A stretch of 54,609 bases of DNA from Candidatus Methylomirabilis sp. (lineage in GTDB: Bacteria > DYJV01): assembly GCA_020722945.1 (NCBI GenBank), contig DYJV01000007.1:1-54609 (forward strand), read 5' to 3'. Position 1 is the stretch's first letter. The number at the start of each line of letters is the position of its first letter. The notes under the pieces were generated by a model that saw only the letters and a list, made by a program, of their open reading frames with translations, was not told where the DNA came from and did not search any database. This document shows positions 18,754 through 28,359 of the stretch, in pieces. Position numbers and translations under genes: made by a program.

Positions 18754-20724
18754 ATGATTTCTAAAGTTTTAAAAGTCTTATTTTTAGTTATTTTTTCTGT
18801 AACAATGTTAAATGCAAGGGATGTTGTGAATACCCCCACTCCCCTTGGTAGTGGAAGGAACGGATTTGCTACTGCAATGACACTTCCATTCTTTGATAAT
18901 TTTGAAAGCACAGATGCTGGCTGGACAAGTGATGGTTTCTGGAATCTGATTGCAAACCCTGAAACTATAAAGGTTGCGGACAATATTTACACTAATCTTG
19001 TTAAGCTTGCTGATGATGGCTATCTTCCTGCTTCTTATAGTGGAAGTTACTGCTGGTGGTATGGTGAAAAAGATACAGGGACTTTTATCGGTAGTGATTA
19101 CACTACTACCCAGTCAAATCTTAGTGGTGGTAAATCAACTCAGGCAAATTCTGGTTCTTTAGTCTCTCCAAGTATTATTATCCCTACAGATTCGTATGTT
19201 GAGCTCTCATTTGCTTCATGGTATGAGATAGAGGGTGTTGATGCAAATAGTTTTGATATGATGTATGTAGAGGTTTCTACTGATGGCACAAATTATACAG
19301 AGTTAGGTCATCTTAATCCTTTTGATGACTACAATACAGGCTCTTATATAGCTTACAGTAATAAAGGGGTTGGTGTTCCGGGTGAATGGAAAATTTATAC
19401 ATTTAATCTTTCTGATTATGCAGGACAGACAGTTAATATCAGATTTAGATTTAATACTAAAGATTCATTATACAATGGTTTTAGAGGTTGGTTGATTGAT
19501 GATGTATCTGTAAAGAGTTTGACATCTTCTGAAGTTGGTTATGCTCCAATTATCAAAAGTGTGTACCCTACAGTAGTTTATACTACAGATTATAATCAAC
19601 TTGTATCTCTTTTCTGTGACAATATAAACAACGAAACAAAAGTTTATGTAAACGGTGTGGAAGTTACATCAAAATATCAGGGTGATAGTTTACAGTTTTT
19701 ATTCAGTGGTTCATCTTATACTGTTGGACAAGATGTTGAAGTATATGTAAAAAACAGTGATGGAAAGGTAAGTAACACTGTAACAATTAAAATAGGTGAT
19801 TCTAATGATGCTGTTGCAGTTCCATCTATTACACCTATAGAGGTAATGGATAATGAAGAAAATACCTTTACTATGTCGGGGAGTAACCTTGATAATGTTG
19901 AGTATGTAAAAATAGGTGGTGTTGCTGCTAAGAGTGTTTCATTAGATAGTGCAGGTCTTGTTGCTGTTTTTGATGCATGCACAGTTGAACCTGGTTACAA
20001 AACAGTTGAACTTGTTAGTAGTGACTCCTCTGTGCAAAAATTATTTGGTGCTATTTTATTTAAAGAGTCAGGTCAGTGTGTATTTGATGACGAAGAAGAG
20101 CCAAAGCCAACTGGTGAGTGTTGTTATGAAGGTATGAATGCTGCTCCTCAAAATCCTATGAATCCTATATATTATACTAAAGAGAATGTGGTTGCAGATC
20201 CTACGGGGGAAGTTGTGAATATTGCAAATTGTGAATCTGTATATCTCAACCCATCTATCAGTGTAGATAGCTCTTTGATTGGACAAGAGGCTTATGATGT
20301 TTTCTTCATTACTACACCTACAGGTTTTCAATTGATGCTTCCACCTAAGAAAGTAGTTCTTTCTGAAGACCCACACAAAATGGCAAATTTTGAAGCACCT
20401 TTAGATTTCTCAGGTGCTGCAGGTTTTCAGTTTTATGTATATTATGGTTACAGAACTCTCGCAAAACAGCTATATTACAATGCTTATACTGTAAATGTTC
20501 AAGAGTGTTCAAACCAAACAAATGTTGATTGCACAACTCTTGATGAAAAAGGTTGTATGAATAATTCTCCAACATGTTTATGGACACCTTTTACAAAAAC
20601 ATGTGGTTACAACTGCACTTCTATAAAAAGCTCTTCATCTTGTGGAGAGGCTTTTGGTGGTGGTATTTGTGAATGGAAAAAAACTCCATTTGGAGAAGTT
20701 TGTTCAGTTGTTACATCTGATTAA
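18754..20724 (+). CDS. Large secreted protein (656 aa). N-terminal MAM/choice-of-anchor-J-like domain, IPT/TIG-like Ig region, Cys-rich C-terminal region.
   Basis: RBS aaaaaggagg. Signal peptide. FFDNFESTDAGWTSDGFWNL fits the F.E....GWT pattern of MAM/choice-of-anchor J domains. The central segment PIIKSVYPT...VNGVEVTS...VEVYVKNSDGKVSNTVTIKIG looks like IPT/TIG. The last ~230 aa contain more than 20 Cys. Confidence 0.55.
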   Translation: MISKVLKVLFLVIFSVTMLNARDVVNTPTPLGSGRNGFATAMTLPFFDNFESTDAGWTSDGFWNLIANPETIKVADNIYTNLVKLADDGYLPASYSGSYCWWYGEKDTGTFIGSDYTTTQSNLSGGKSTQANSGSLVSPSIIIPTDSYVELSFASWYEIEGVDANSFDMMYVEVSTDGTNYTELGHLNPFDDYNTGSYIAYSNKGVGVPGEWKIYTFNLSDYAGQTVNIRFRFNTKDSLYNGFRGWLIDDVSVKSLTSSEVGYAPIIKSVYPTVVYTTDYNQLVSLFCDNINNETKVYVNGVEVTSKYQGDSLQFLFSGSSYTVGQDVEVYVKNSDGKVSNTVTIKIGDSNDAVAVPSITPIEVMDNEENTFTMSGSNLDNVEYVKIGGVAAKSVSLDSAGLVAVFDACTVEPGYKTVELVSSDSSVQKLFGAILFKESGQCVFDDEEEPKPTGECCYEGMNAAPQNPMNPIYYTKENVVADPTGEVVNIANCESVYLNPSISVDSSLIGQEAYDVFFITTPTGFQLMLPPKKVVLSEDPHKMANFEAPLDFSGAAGFQFYVYYGYRTLAKQLYYNAYTVNVQECSNQTNVDCTTLDEKGCMNNSPTCLWTPFTKTCGYNCTSIKSSSSCGEAFGGGICEWKKTPFGEVCSVVTSD

Positions 20725-20749
20725 TCGTATTACAATATATTTTAAAATA

Positions 20750-20790
20750 AGAGTGCCTATCACACGATAGGTGCTCTTATTTTATCTTTA
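20750..20790 (+). terminator. Rho-independent terminator (12-bp stem with two G-U pairs, ACAC loop, T-rich tail)
   Basis: agagtgcctatc-acac-gataggtgctct followed by tattttatcttt, 26 nt after the stop codon of the secreted-protein gene. Confidence 0.55.
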
Positions 20791-20961
20791 TTTACTGATA
20801 ATTTACGCTAATTGGTCATAGATTATAATTAATTTTTAGAATTATCATCGTCATTGTCCATCCCCTATCTTTTACAAAATATTTAATTGATTAAAAAAAT
20901 CTTGATTAATGTAAAATTGTATGTTAGAAAAAGTAGAAATTTTTATATTTTTTCCTTTAGA

Positions 20962-20987
20962 AGTGGGTTAATCACCCACTTTTTTTG
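20962..20987 (+). terminator. Hairpin agtgggt-taatc-acccact plus TTTTTTG, only 12 nt upstream of the rimP start. Terminator or attenuator in the nusA-infB operon leader.
   Basis: 7-bp stem followed by a U-tract, read from the sequence. Confidence 0.4.
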
Positions 20988-20998
20988 TTTAAACTAAA

Positions 20999-21463
20999 AT
21001 GATAAACTTTGAAAATATTACTAAAAAAACTTACATTTTATTTGAGGAATATCTCAAGACTCTTGGCTACGATCTTGTCTTTTCCGAGTTTTTAAGAGAT
21101 CAGCATGGTTTAGTTTTGAGGTTATTTATTGATAAAGATGGTGGCGTTACAATTGATGATTGTGCAAAAGTAAGTGAATTAGTAAGTCCAATACTTGATG
21201 CTGAAAATCTGATAAATGCCCACTACTCTCTTGAAGTTTCTTCTCCTGGTATAAATAAGCCTTTAAGGAGATTGGATCACTTCATAAATGTCATTGGTAA
21301 TGAGATAAAAGTTGTACTTGATACCCCTTTAGATAATAGGAGGAATTTTAAAGGTGTTCTATTGGGGGTTAATGATGGTTCTATTGAACTGCAAGTTGAT
21401 AATCAGATATACAATTTATCAATTGCTCAAATAAAGAAAGCTAACTTAGTATATAAATTTTAG
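20999..21463 (+). CDS. rimP: Ribosome maturation factor RimP
   Basis: 154 aa. Called from its size and RimP-type sequence pattern (...GLVLRLFIDKDGGVTIDDCAKVS...) and from its position directly upstream of nusA. Confidence 0.8.
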   Translation: MINFENITKKTYILFEEYLKTLGYDLVFSEFLRDQHGLVLRLFIDKDGGVTIDDCAKVSELVSPILDAENLINAHYSLEVSSPGINKPLRRLDHFINVIGNEIKVVLDTPLDNRRNFKGVLLGVNDGSIELQVDNQIYNLSIAQIKKANLVYKF

Positions 21464-21475
21464 AAAGGGTTTAAA

Positions 21476-22708
21476 ATGTTATCAAATCTGCACTTTGTCA
21501 TAGAACAAATTAGTAAAGAGAAAAATATTCCACCGGAGAAACTTATTCAAAGTTTAGAAGAAGCAGTTTTGAATGCTGCTAAGAAAAAATATCCTGAACG
21601 GGAGCTTGAAGCCCAATACAATCAAGAAACAAATGAGATAGAGGTATTTGAATTTATAGAAGTTGTCAAAACAGTTGAAGATTCTTATACCCAGATTGAG
21701 TATGATGAGGCTGTTTTACACGACCCTGATATTCAGGTAGGTGACTACTTGGGCTTAAAGATAGATGCTAATGAATTAGGGCGAATTTCTGTTCAACAAG
21801 CTAAGAATGTTATAATCAACAAAATAAGGGATGCAGAGAAAGAATCAATTTTTAACGAATACAAAGATAAAATAGGACAGCTTGTCATCGGTTTTTACCA
21901 AAGATCAGAATTTGGGAATATAGTTGTTAATTTAGGGAAAACTGAGGGTATTATCCCTAAGGTAGAGCAATCTCCAGCTGATAGATTTAAGCAAGGTGAA
22001 CGTATAAAATCAGTTATTGTTGATATAAAAAGGGACACAAAAGGTCCTCAGATAATACTTTCAAGAACTCATCCTAATTTTCTTATAAGGCTTTTTGAAT
22101 TAGAAGTTCCTGAAATTTATGAAAATCTTGTTGTTGTAAAGGGTGCTTCCCGTGAGCCGGGCAGCAGAGCTAAAATAGCTGTTTACTCAAAAAATATTGA
22201 TATTGATCCTGTAGGAGCTTGTGTTGGAGTAAGAGGTTCAAGAGTTAATGGAATAGTGAGAGAGCTTAATGGTGAGCGTATAGACATTGTCCGATGGGAT
22301 CCAGATCCCACCAAATTTGTTATTAATGCTTTGTCTCCTGCACAGATCACAAAAATTATTCTCGATGAAGAGAAAAATTCTATGGAGATAATAGTCCCAA
22401 ATGAAAATCTTTCACTTGCCATAGGTAAAAGGGGGCAAAATGTAAAATTAGCCTCTAAATTGACAGGGTTTAGGATAGATATTAAGAGTGAATCTCAATC
22501 AGAGGAAGAATTTGAAAAGATATATAATCCTCTAAAGGAGAAGTTGGATCTCGATTTTATCAGTATGAGAATATTGTTTGATGAAGGGTATAGAACGCTT
22601 TCACAGCTTGTAGAAGCTGATGCTGATGATATATCTGAAATATTAGGAATTGAAGTTAATAAAGCTTACGAAATTATTGATTCTGCTGGTGAGCTACTAA
22701 AAGTTTAA
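21476..22708 (+). CDS. nusA: Transcription termination/antitermination factor NusA
   Basis: 410 aa. N-terminal domain, S1 domain and two KH domains are recognisable. The track annotates the 21476 start codon as Met; I did not check the DNA codon. Confidence 0.95.
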   Translation: MLSNLHFVIEQISKEKNIPPEKLIQSLEEAVLNAAKKKYPERELEAQYNQETNEIEVFEFIEVVKTVEDSYTQIEYDEAVLHDPDIQVGDYLGLKIDANELGRISVQQAKNVIINKIRDAEKESIFNEYKDKIGQLVIGFYQRSEFGNIVVNLGKTEGIIPKVEQSPADRFKQGERIKSVIVDIKRDTKGPQIILSRTHPNFLIRLFELEVPEIYENLVVVKGASREPGSRAKIAVYSKNIDIDPVGACVGVRGSRVNGIVRELNGERIDIVRWDPDPTKFVINALSPAQITKIILDEEKNSMEIIVPNENLSLAIGKRGQNVKLASKLTGFRIDIKSESQSEEEFEKIYNPLKEKLDLDFISMRILFDEGYRTLSQLVEADADDISEILGIEVNKAYEIIDSAGELLKV

Positions 22709-22726
22709 AATATTGAACTCCCATTT

Positions 22727-23332
22727 ATGAAGAATTTAAGGACATGTTTAACTTGCAATGCCAAAGATGATAAAAAGAATTTATTTAGATATATTATCAA
22801 TGATGGCTTGCTTATGGTTGACTATTTCCAGAAATTACAAGTAAGGGGGATTTATACCTGCAAAAGGGAGAGTTGTATAAAAAATTTGACTATAAAGAGT
22901 GTTAAAAGAAGTCTAAAAGATGAAAATCTTTTAAAAATAGATAAAGAGAAAATATTGATAACCATCAAAAATAACTTAATAAAAGATATATTTTCTAAAA
23001 TACATATTGCCAATAAAGGTGGTTTTGTTACTGCAACAACGAATAAAATTATGGAGAGTCTCAAAGCTGGGAAGGTCTTTACTTTTTTTTTCATTGCAAA
23101 TGATATATCTGACAACAGCAAAGAGAGGGTATTAAAATTTCTAAGAGATCCGTATCAGTTTTCATCATTTTTTTCAAAAAGTGAGTTGGGAAGTATATTT
23201 GGAAAGAGTGAAACCAATATTCTTGGATTATTCGAGTCTGCTATTACTGATTATATAAAAGATCAGGTAAAAATATATTCAAATATTTACACAGAGGGAG
23301 TTGTATCTAATGGAAATAGAAAAAATAATTAG
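22727..23332 (+). CDS. Fused YlxR (DUF448) and L7Ae-like (YlxQ) protein
   Basis: The N-terminus [19 protein letters not shown] is the YlxR zinc-ribbon-like motif. The C-terminal [41 protein letters not shown] resembles L7Ae/YlxQ. The gene occupies the canonical position between nusA and infB. Confidence 0.6.
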   Translation: MKNLRTCLTCNAKDDKKNLFRYIINDGLLMVDYFQKLQVRGIYTCKRESCIKNLTIKSVKRSLKDENLLKIDKEKILITIKNNLIKDIFSKIHIANKGGFVTATTNKIMESLKAGKVFTFFFIANDISDNSKERVLKFLRDPYQFSSFFSKSELGSIFGKSETNILGLFESAITDYIKDQVKIYSNIYTEGVVSNGNRKNN

Positions 23333-26024
23333 TTTAGCAAAAGATTTAGGGTTAAGTAAAGAGGAAGTCCTTAAAAAACTTGAAAAGAAGAGAAAAGAGA
23401 ATGCAGCTGTATCGGACGAAGAAGTTGCAGAACAGATAAAAAATGAACATAAAATAGATAGTGGTGATTTTATTGAAAAAAGACTTGCAACAGATGTTAT
23501 AAGAAGAAGAAAGATTCCTTCAAAAGTCCCTGACAAGCTTCCAATCCCCTCTGTAAAGGAAGAAGATATTAAAGATAAAGTTATCCAACCCAAAATCGAA
23601 GAAGCACCAAAAGAACCAATTTTAAAAGTTGAAACTGAAAAAATAGATAAAGAGGAAGTTGCTCTTGATAAAACGATTGAATCTACTCCAACTTTGGCAA
23701 AACCTGAAGAAGTGATAGTGTTAAAAGAGAGAGAGAGTCAACCTTTAGCAGAAGATAGAAAAAGTCAACCTGCAATGGAATATTTACCTAAAAAAGTAAG
23801 ACCAATAGATGAAGAATCTCAAAGACGAGAATTTGAAAAATCAAGAGAGAAGTTAGAGAAAAAGATAGAAGAGTTTTCAAACAAAAAAGCTTTAAGACCT
23901 AAAAAAGTAATAAAACCTCAAGAGAAAGAGGCGATACCTGTATTAAACAAAGATAAAACTCTTCAAGAGCAGCCTGCCTCTACCCCAGCCAAAGATGATA
24001 AAAGTGCAGCAGCCCCTAAATTTTTAAAAGATAAGAAACCACCCGAAAAAGCAGTTGATGAAGAGTCAAAAGATAAGAAAAAAAGCAGAAAAAAAGTAAA
24101 AGATTTTAAGACAATATTTGATAAACGGAAGAAATTGAAAGATGTTGAAGTAGTCGTTGTTGAAGAGGATTCTAAGAAATTAAAAGAAAAAGCTAATTTA
24201 AAGAAGTATAAAGAGAAGAAGCAGTTTGATAAAAAAATTTCTACAAAACCTATTGTAAAAGAATCGAAGAAGAAAATAAAAATATTATCAAATGAAATTA
24301 CTGTTTCAGAGCTTGCAAAAGACCTTAATGTAAAAGCTATAGAGCTTATCAAAAAATTAATGCTCAATGGAATTACTGCAACAATAAATAACGCTATTGA
24401 TATAGATACAGCTACATTGATTGCTACCGAATACGGTTTTGAAATTGAGAAAATAGGGAACATTGAAGAGAAGATAAGTGCTGAAATAAAGCAGGTGGAC
24501 AGAGAGGATGAATTGATGCCAAGACCACCGGTTGTTACTATTATGGGTCATGTTGACCATGGCAAAACCTCACTCCTTGATAAAATAAGACAAACTAACG
24601 TTACAGCTTCTGAAGCTGGTGGTATCACCCAACATATTGGAGCTTATCTTGTTGATCTTGAAGGTAACAAGATAACTTTTATAGATACTCCGGGGCACGA
24701 AGCTTTTACTGCTATGCGGGCAAGGGGTGCAAAAGTAACAGATATTGTAGTTTTGATAGTTGCAGCAGACGATGGGGTTATGCCCCAGACTATTGAAGCG
24801 ATAAACCATTCAAAAGCTGCAAATGTTCCAATTATTGTTGCTATTAACAAAATTGATAAAAATAGTGCAAATCCTGACAGGATACTTACTCAACTAATGG
24901 AGCACCATATAGTTACTGAGCAGTTTGGTGGTGAGACTATCTGTATAAAGGTATCAGCCAAAACAGGAGATGGAATAAAAGAGCTGCTTGAAGCAATCTT
25001 AATACAAGCAGAGATACTTGAATTAAGGGCTAACCCAAACAAAAAAGCAAAAGGTTACATTATTGAATCAAAGCTTGATAAAAATAGAGGTAGTGTTGCT
25101 ACAGTATTGGTTACAGAAGGGACTCTTAAAATAGGTGATTTTTTAGTTGCAGGTAATTTATACTGTAAGGTAAGGGCAATGTCAAATCATCTTGGACACA
25201 AAATTGATGCAGCAACACCTGCTACACCAGTTGAGATACTTGGTTTTAATGGTGTGCCTGAAGCTGGTGAAGTTGTAATTGCTATATCAACCGAAAAAGA
25301 AGCAAAAGAGTTAATAGAGCATAGAATTACAAAAGATAAAGAGAGGGAGCTAATCCAAAAACAGAAAATATCTTTGGAGGATATACAGAAGCAGATAATG
25401 GAAGGAGCAGTTAAAGAGCTCAATATTCTTGTGAAGGTTGATGTTCAAGGGACTTCTGATGCGATAAGGCTCTCTTTGGAAAAACTGAAAACATCTGAGG
25501 TAAGTGTAAAGATAATCGGCACTGGAGTTGGTGGAATTACAGAGAGTGATGTTCTTCTCGCTCAGGCTTCTCAAGCAATAATCATAGGATTTAATGTTCG
25601 TCCTGATGTTAAGGCCAGAAAGCTTGCTGAAAAAGAGCAGATAGAGATAAAAACATACTCCATAATTTATGAGTTGATAGATGATATCAGAAAAGCTTTG
25701 GAAGGGTTGCTTGATCCAGAATATAAAGAGGAGTATCACGGAAGAGCAGAAGTAAGGCAGATTTTCTCTGTTCCTAAGGTAGGGACTATTGCAGGGTGTT
25801 ATCTCGTAGATGGCAAAATTACCAGAAATTCTAAAGTAAGATTATTAAGAGATAACATTATTGTATTTGATGGTGAACTTGCATCACTCAAAAGATTTAA
25901 AGATGATGTAAAGGAAGTTTTATCAGGTTATGAGTGTGGAATGGGATTGTTAAACTTTAATGATGTAAAAATAGGGGATATTATCGAGGGTTATACTATA
26001 GCCAAGAAAATAAGGACTTTATAG
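23310..26024 (+). CDS. infB: Translation initiation factor IF-2
   Basis: RBS agagggag 9 nt before the ATG at 23310; the track shows an alternative TTG at 23301. G1-G4 GTPase motifs are present ([24 protein letters not shown]). Confidence 0.95.
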   Translation: MEIEKIISLAKDLGLSKEEVLKKLEKKRKENAAVSDEEVAEQIKNEHKIDSGDFIEKRLATDVIRRRKIPSKVPDKLPIPSVKEEDIKDKVIQPKIEEAPKEPILKVETEKIDKEEVALDKTIESTPTLAKPEEVIVLKERESQPLAEDRKSQPAMEYLPKKVRPIDEESQRREFEKSREKLEKKIEEFSNKKALRPKKVIKPQEKEAIPVLNKDKTLQEQPASTPAKDDKSAAAPKFLKDKKPPEKAVDEESKDKKKSRKKVKDFKTIFDKRKKLKDVEVVVVEEDSKKLKEKANLKKYKEKKQFDKKISTKPIVKESKKKIKILSNEITVSELAKDLNVKAIELIKKLMLNGITATINNAIDIDTATLIATEYGFEIEKIGNIEEKISAEIKQVDREDELMPRPPVVTIMGHVDHGKTSLLDKIRQTNVTASEAGGITQHIGAYLVDLEGNKITFIDTPGHEAFTAMRARGAKVTDIVVLIVAADDGVMPQTIEAINHSKAANVPIIVAINKIDKNSANPDRILTQLMEHHIVTEQFGGETICIKVSAKTGDGIKELLEAILIQAEILELRANPNKKAKGYIIESKLDKNRGSVATVLVTEGTLKIGDFLVAGNLYCKVRAMSNHLGHKIDAATPATPVEILGFNGVPEAGEVVIAISTEKEAKELIEHRITKDKERELIQKQKISLEDIQKQIMEGAVKELNILVKVDVQGTSDAIRLSLEKLKTSEVSVKIIGTGVGGITESDVLLAQASQAIIIGFNVRPDVKARKLAEKEQIEIKTYSIIYELIDDIRKALEGLLDPEYKEEYHGRAEVRQIFSVPKVGTIAGCYLVDGKITRNSKVRLLRDNIIVFDGELASLKRFKDDVKEVLSGYECGMGLLNFNDVKIGDIIEGYTIAKKIRTL

Positions 26025-26186
26025 TCTTTACTCATTGTTCATCTAATTTTTATAGCAACTAATTTTATTTAAAGAATCAAATTTTATTTGAATGTTGCAC
26101 TCTTATCTTTTAAAAACTACAATTACTCTGCTTGTTATCTGTCAATATTTTATTTTTATATAAATTTATAGAATTGGAGATTTTTT

Positions 26187-27146
26187 ATGGAACAGATAAT
26201 TAATATGATTAAAAAAAGTAAAACTTTTTTAATTATTTCCCATATAAACCCTGATGGTGATACAATTGGTTCAAATATTGGATTATCACTCTCCCTAAAA
26301 AGTATTGGGAAGGATGTAATTAGCTATTGTGATAGTAAGATACCTTTTGAGTATCAGTTTTTATTATCCAATGATTTTAAAATGTTAACTATTCCTGAAA
26401 ATATTATGAAGAGTAAATTCGATGTAATGATTATGCTTGATTGTGCAGATAGTAAAAGAACCAAACATTATCAAGAATTTAGAAATATATCTGAAATATT
26501 AATTAATATTGATCACCACAAATCCAATGACAAATTTGGAGATTTAAATATTATATATGAAGATTATAGTTCAACAGGTGAAATAGTTTACGATATTCTT
26601 ATCAATGGAGGTTTTCCTGTAAATCGTTCAATTGCTGAAGCAATATATACTGCTATCATAACAGACACAGGTTCTTTTAGATACTCAAACACCAATTCAA
26701 GGACATTTGATATTGCTTCTGATTTAATAAAATATGGGGTTAATAGTTGGGAAATATCACAGAAAATATATGAAAATAAACCTTATAAAAGGATTATGCT
26801 TCTAAAAGAAGCTTTAAACTCTCTCAAATTAAATACAAAAGGGAAAATTGCTGTTTTATCTATCTCTAAAAATATATTGGATGTTTACAATGCAACCGGT
26901 GAGGATACGGACGGTTTGGTAAATTATGGCAGAAGTATTGAAGGGGTCGAGGTTTCTATCTTTATACGAGAGGAAGAGAATGGTTGTAAATTGAGTTTTC
27001 GTTCAAAAGGTAAAGTTGATGTATCATCACTTGCAAGAACTTTTGATGGTGGTGGGCACAGAAATGCTGCAGGTGGTTTTATTAACAAACCTCTTTTTGA
27101 AGTTGAAAAATTAATTATGAATATTGCAGAGGAGTATGTTTTTTAA
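26187..27146 (+). CDS. nrnA: DHH/DHHA1 phosphoesterase NrnA (oligoribonuclease / pAp phosphatase)
   Basis: 319 aa. DHH motif NIDHHKSND. DHHA1 motif GGGHRNAAGG. Confidence 0.8.
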   Translation: MEQIINMIKKSKTFLIISHINPDGDTIGSNIGLSLSLKSIGKDVISYCDSKIPFEYQFLLSNDFKMLTIPENIMKSKFDVMIMLDCADSKRTKHYQEFRNISEILINIDHHKSNDKFGDLNIIYEDYSSTGEIVYDILINGGFPVNRSIAEAIYTAIITDTGSFRYSNTNSRTFDIASDLIKYGVNSWEISQKIYENKPYKRIMLLKEALNSLKLNTKGKIAVLSISKNILDVYNATGEDTDGLVNYGRSIEGVEVSIFIREEENGCKLSFRSKGKVDVSSLARTFDGGGHRNAAGGFINKPLFEVEKLIMNIAEEYVF

Positions 27147-27149
27147 TTT

Positions 27150-28028
27150 ATGGATGGAATTGTTCTTGTTGATAAACCATCAGGGATTACTTCGTTTAAT
27201 GTATGTAGTTTAATAAAAAGGAAATTTAATATTAAAAAGGTAGGACATGGTGGGACGTTAGACCCATTTGCAACTGGCCTGCTGATAGTTGCTCTTAACC
27301 GTGCCACAAAGATTCTTCCACACTTCCTCGATTCTTTCAAAGTTTATACTGGTTCGATATTTTTAGGTGAAAAAAGGGATACTTGCGATATAACAGGTAA
27401 TGTAGTTAATTCAAGTGATTATAGTAAAATATCTGTTGATGATATAGAGAGAGTGAGGAGTAATTTTGTTGGTTTAATAAAGCAGAAACCTCCATTTTTC
27501 TCTGCACTTAAGCATAATGGAAAGCCTCTTTACGATTATGCGAGAAAGGGTGTTTTTATTGACAAAGGTGAGCGCGAGGTAAATATAGAGAGTTTCCAAA
27601 TATTAGATGTTACACTCCCTGAAGTAAAATTTTCTATAAAATGCTCTAAAGGAACTTATATAAGAAGCATTGCTGATGATTTTGGTGAACAATTAGGAGT
27701 TTTTGGATATTTAAAAGATTTGAGGAGGGAAGAGATAGGGTCTTTTAATGTAAAAGATGCTCTTTCACCTGACGATATAGAGATAGAAAATTTAATAAAT
27801 ATTGATGAAATATTTAATTATAAAAGATTCAGAATAAAACCTGATTTTGATAAGTTGATAGATAATGGTCAAATATTGAAAGCAGAGCATCTTGAAAATT
27901 TCATTTCTGATATCAATAATAATGAAGAAATTATAATAAAAGGGACAAATAGCAGTGTCATAGGTTTGTTTGATGGTATCAGAAAAACAATAAAACCTTT
28001 TGTTATCTATAAAAACTCTTTACAATAA
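27150..28028 (+). CDS. truB: tRNA pseudouridine(55) synthase
   Basis: 292 aa. GIVLVDKPSGITSFNVCSLIKRKFNIKKVGHGGTLDPFATGLLIVAL contains the catalytic Asp motif. Confidence 0.9.
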   Translation: MDGIVLVDKPSGITSFNVCSLIKRKFNIKKVGHGGTLDPFATGLLIVALNRATKILPHFLDSFKVYTGSIFLGEKRDTCDITGNVVNSSDYSKISVDDIERVRSNFVGLIKQKPPFFSALKHNGKPLYDYARKGVFIDKGEREVNIESFQILDVTLPEVKFSIKCSKGTYIRSIADDFGEQLGVFGYLKDLRREEIGSFNVKDALSPDDIEIENLINIDEIFNYKRFRIKPDFDKLIDNGQILKAEHLENFISDINNNEEIIIKGTNSSVIGLFDGIRKTIKPFVIYKNSLQ

Positions 28029-28079
28029 GTTTAATTAATGTTACAAAAAGGTAAAATTTGATTTAGGAGGGATTTAAAA

Positions 28080-28349
28080 GTGTCTATTGAAATGTCAGTT
28101 AAAAGGCAGATAATTGAGAAATTTAAATTACACGAGACAGATACAGGCTCACCAGAGGTTCAGATTGCAATCCTCACTGAAAGGATAAATAATCTTACAA
28201 AGCATTTTGAATCACACCAGAAAGATCATCATTCAAGAAGAGGTTTGTTGATACTTGTTGGTAAACGTAGAAGGCTTCTTAATTATCTAAAAAGTAAAAA
28301 TGTTGATAGATATAAACAGACAATAGAATCATTAAATTTAAGAAAGTAA
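28080..28349 (+). CDS. rpsO: 30S ribosomal protein S15
   Basis: 89 aa with the S15 pattern ...[41 protein letters not shown]. The start may be the GTG at 28080 or the ATG at 28092. Confidence 0.9.
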   Translation: MSIEMSVKRQIIEKFKLHETDTGSPEVQIAILTERINNLTKHFESHQKDHHSRRGLLILVGKRRRLLNYLKSKNVDRYKQTIESLNLRK

Positions 28350-28359
28350 GGTCTAATAA

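Noticed and set aside
18974-20587. Multiple 62-102-aa ORFs on both strands within the 656-aa secreted protein gene
   Set aside because: They are contained in a long, well-supported ORF that has a signal peptide and an RBS. I treat them as shadow ORFs.
23279-25739. Antisense or alternative-frame ORFs (67-166 aa) within infB
   Set aside because: infB is unambiguous from its GTPase motifs. These ORFs reflect the Lys/Glu-rich repetitive coding region and have no independent support.
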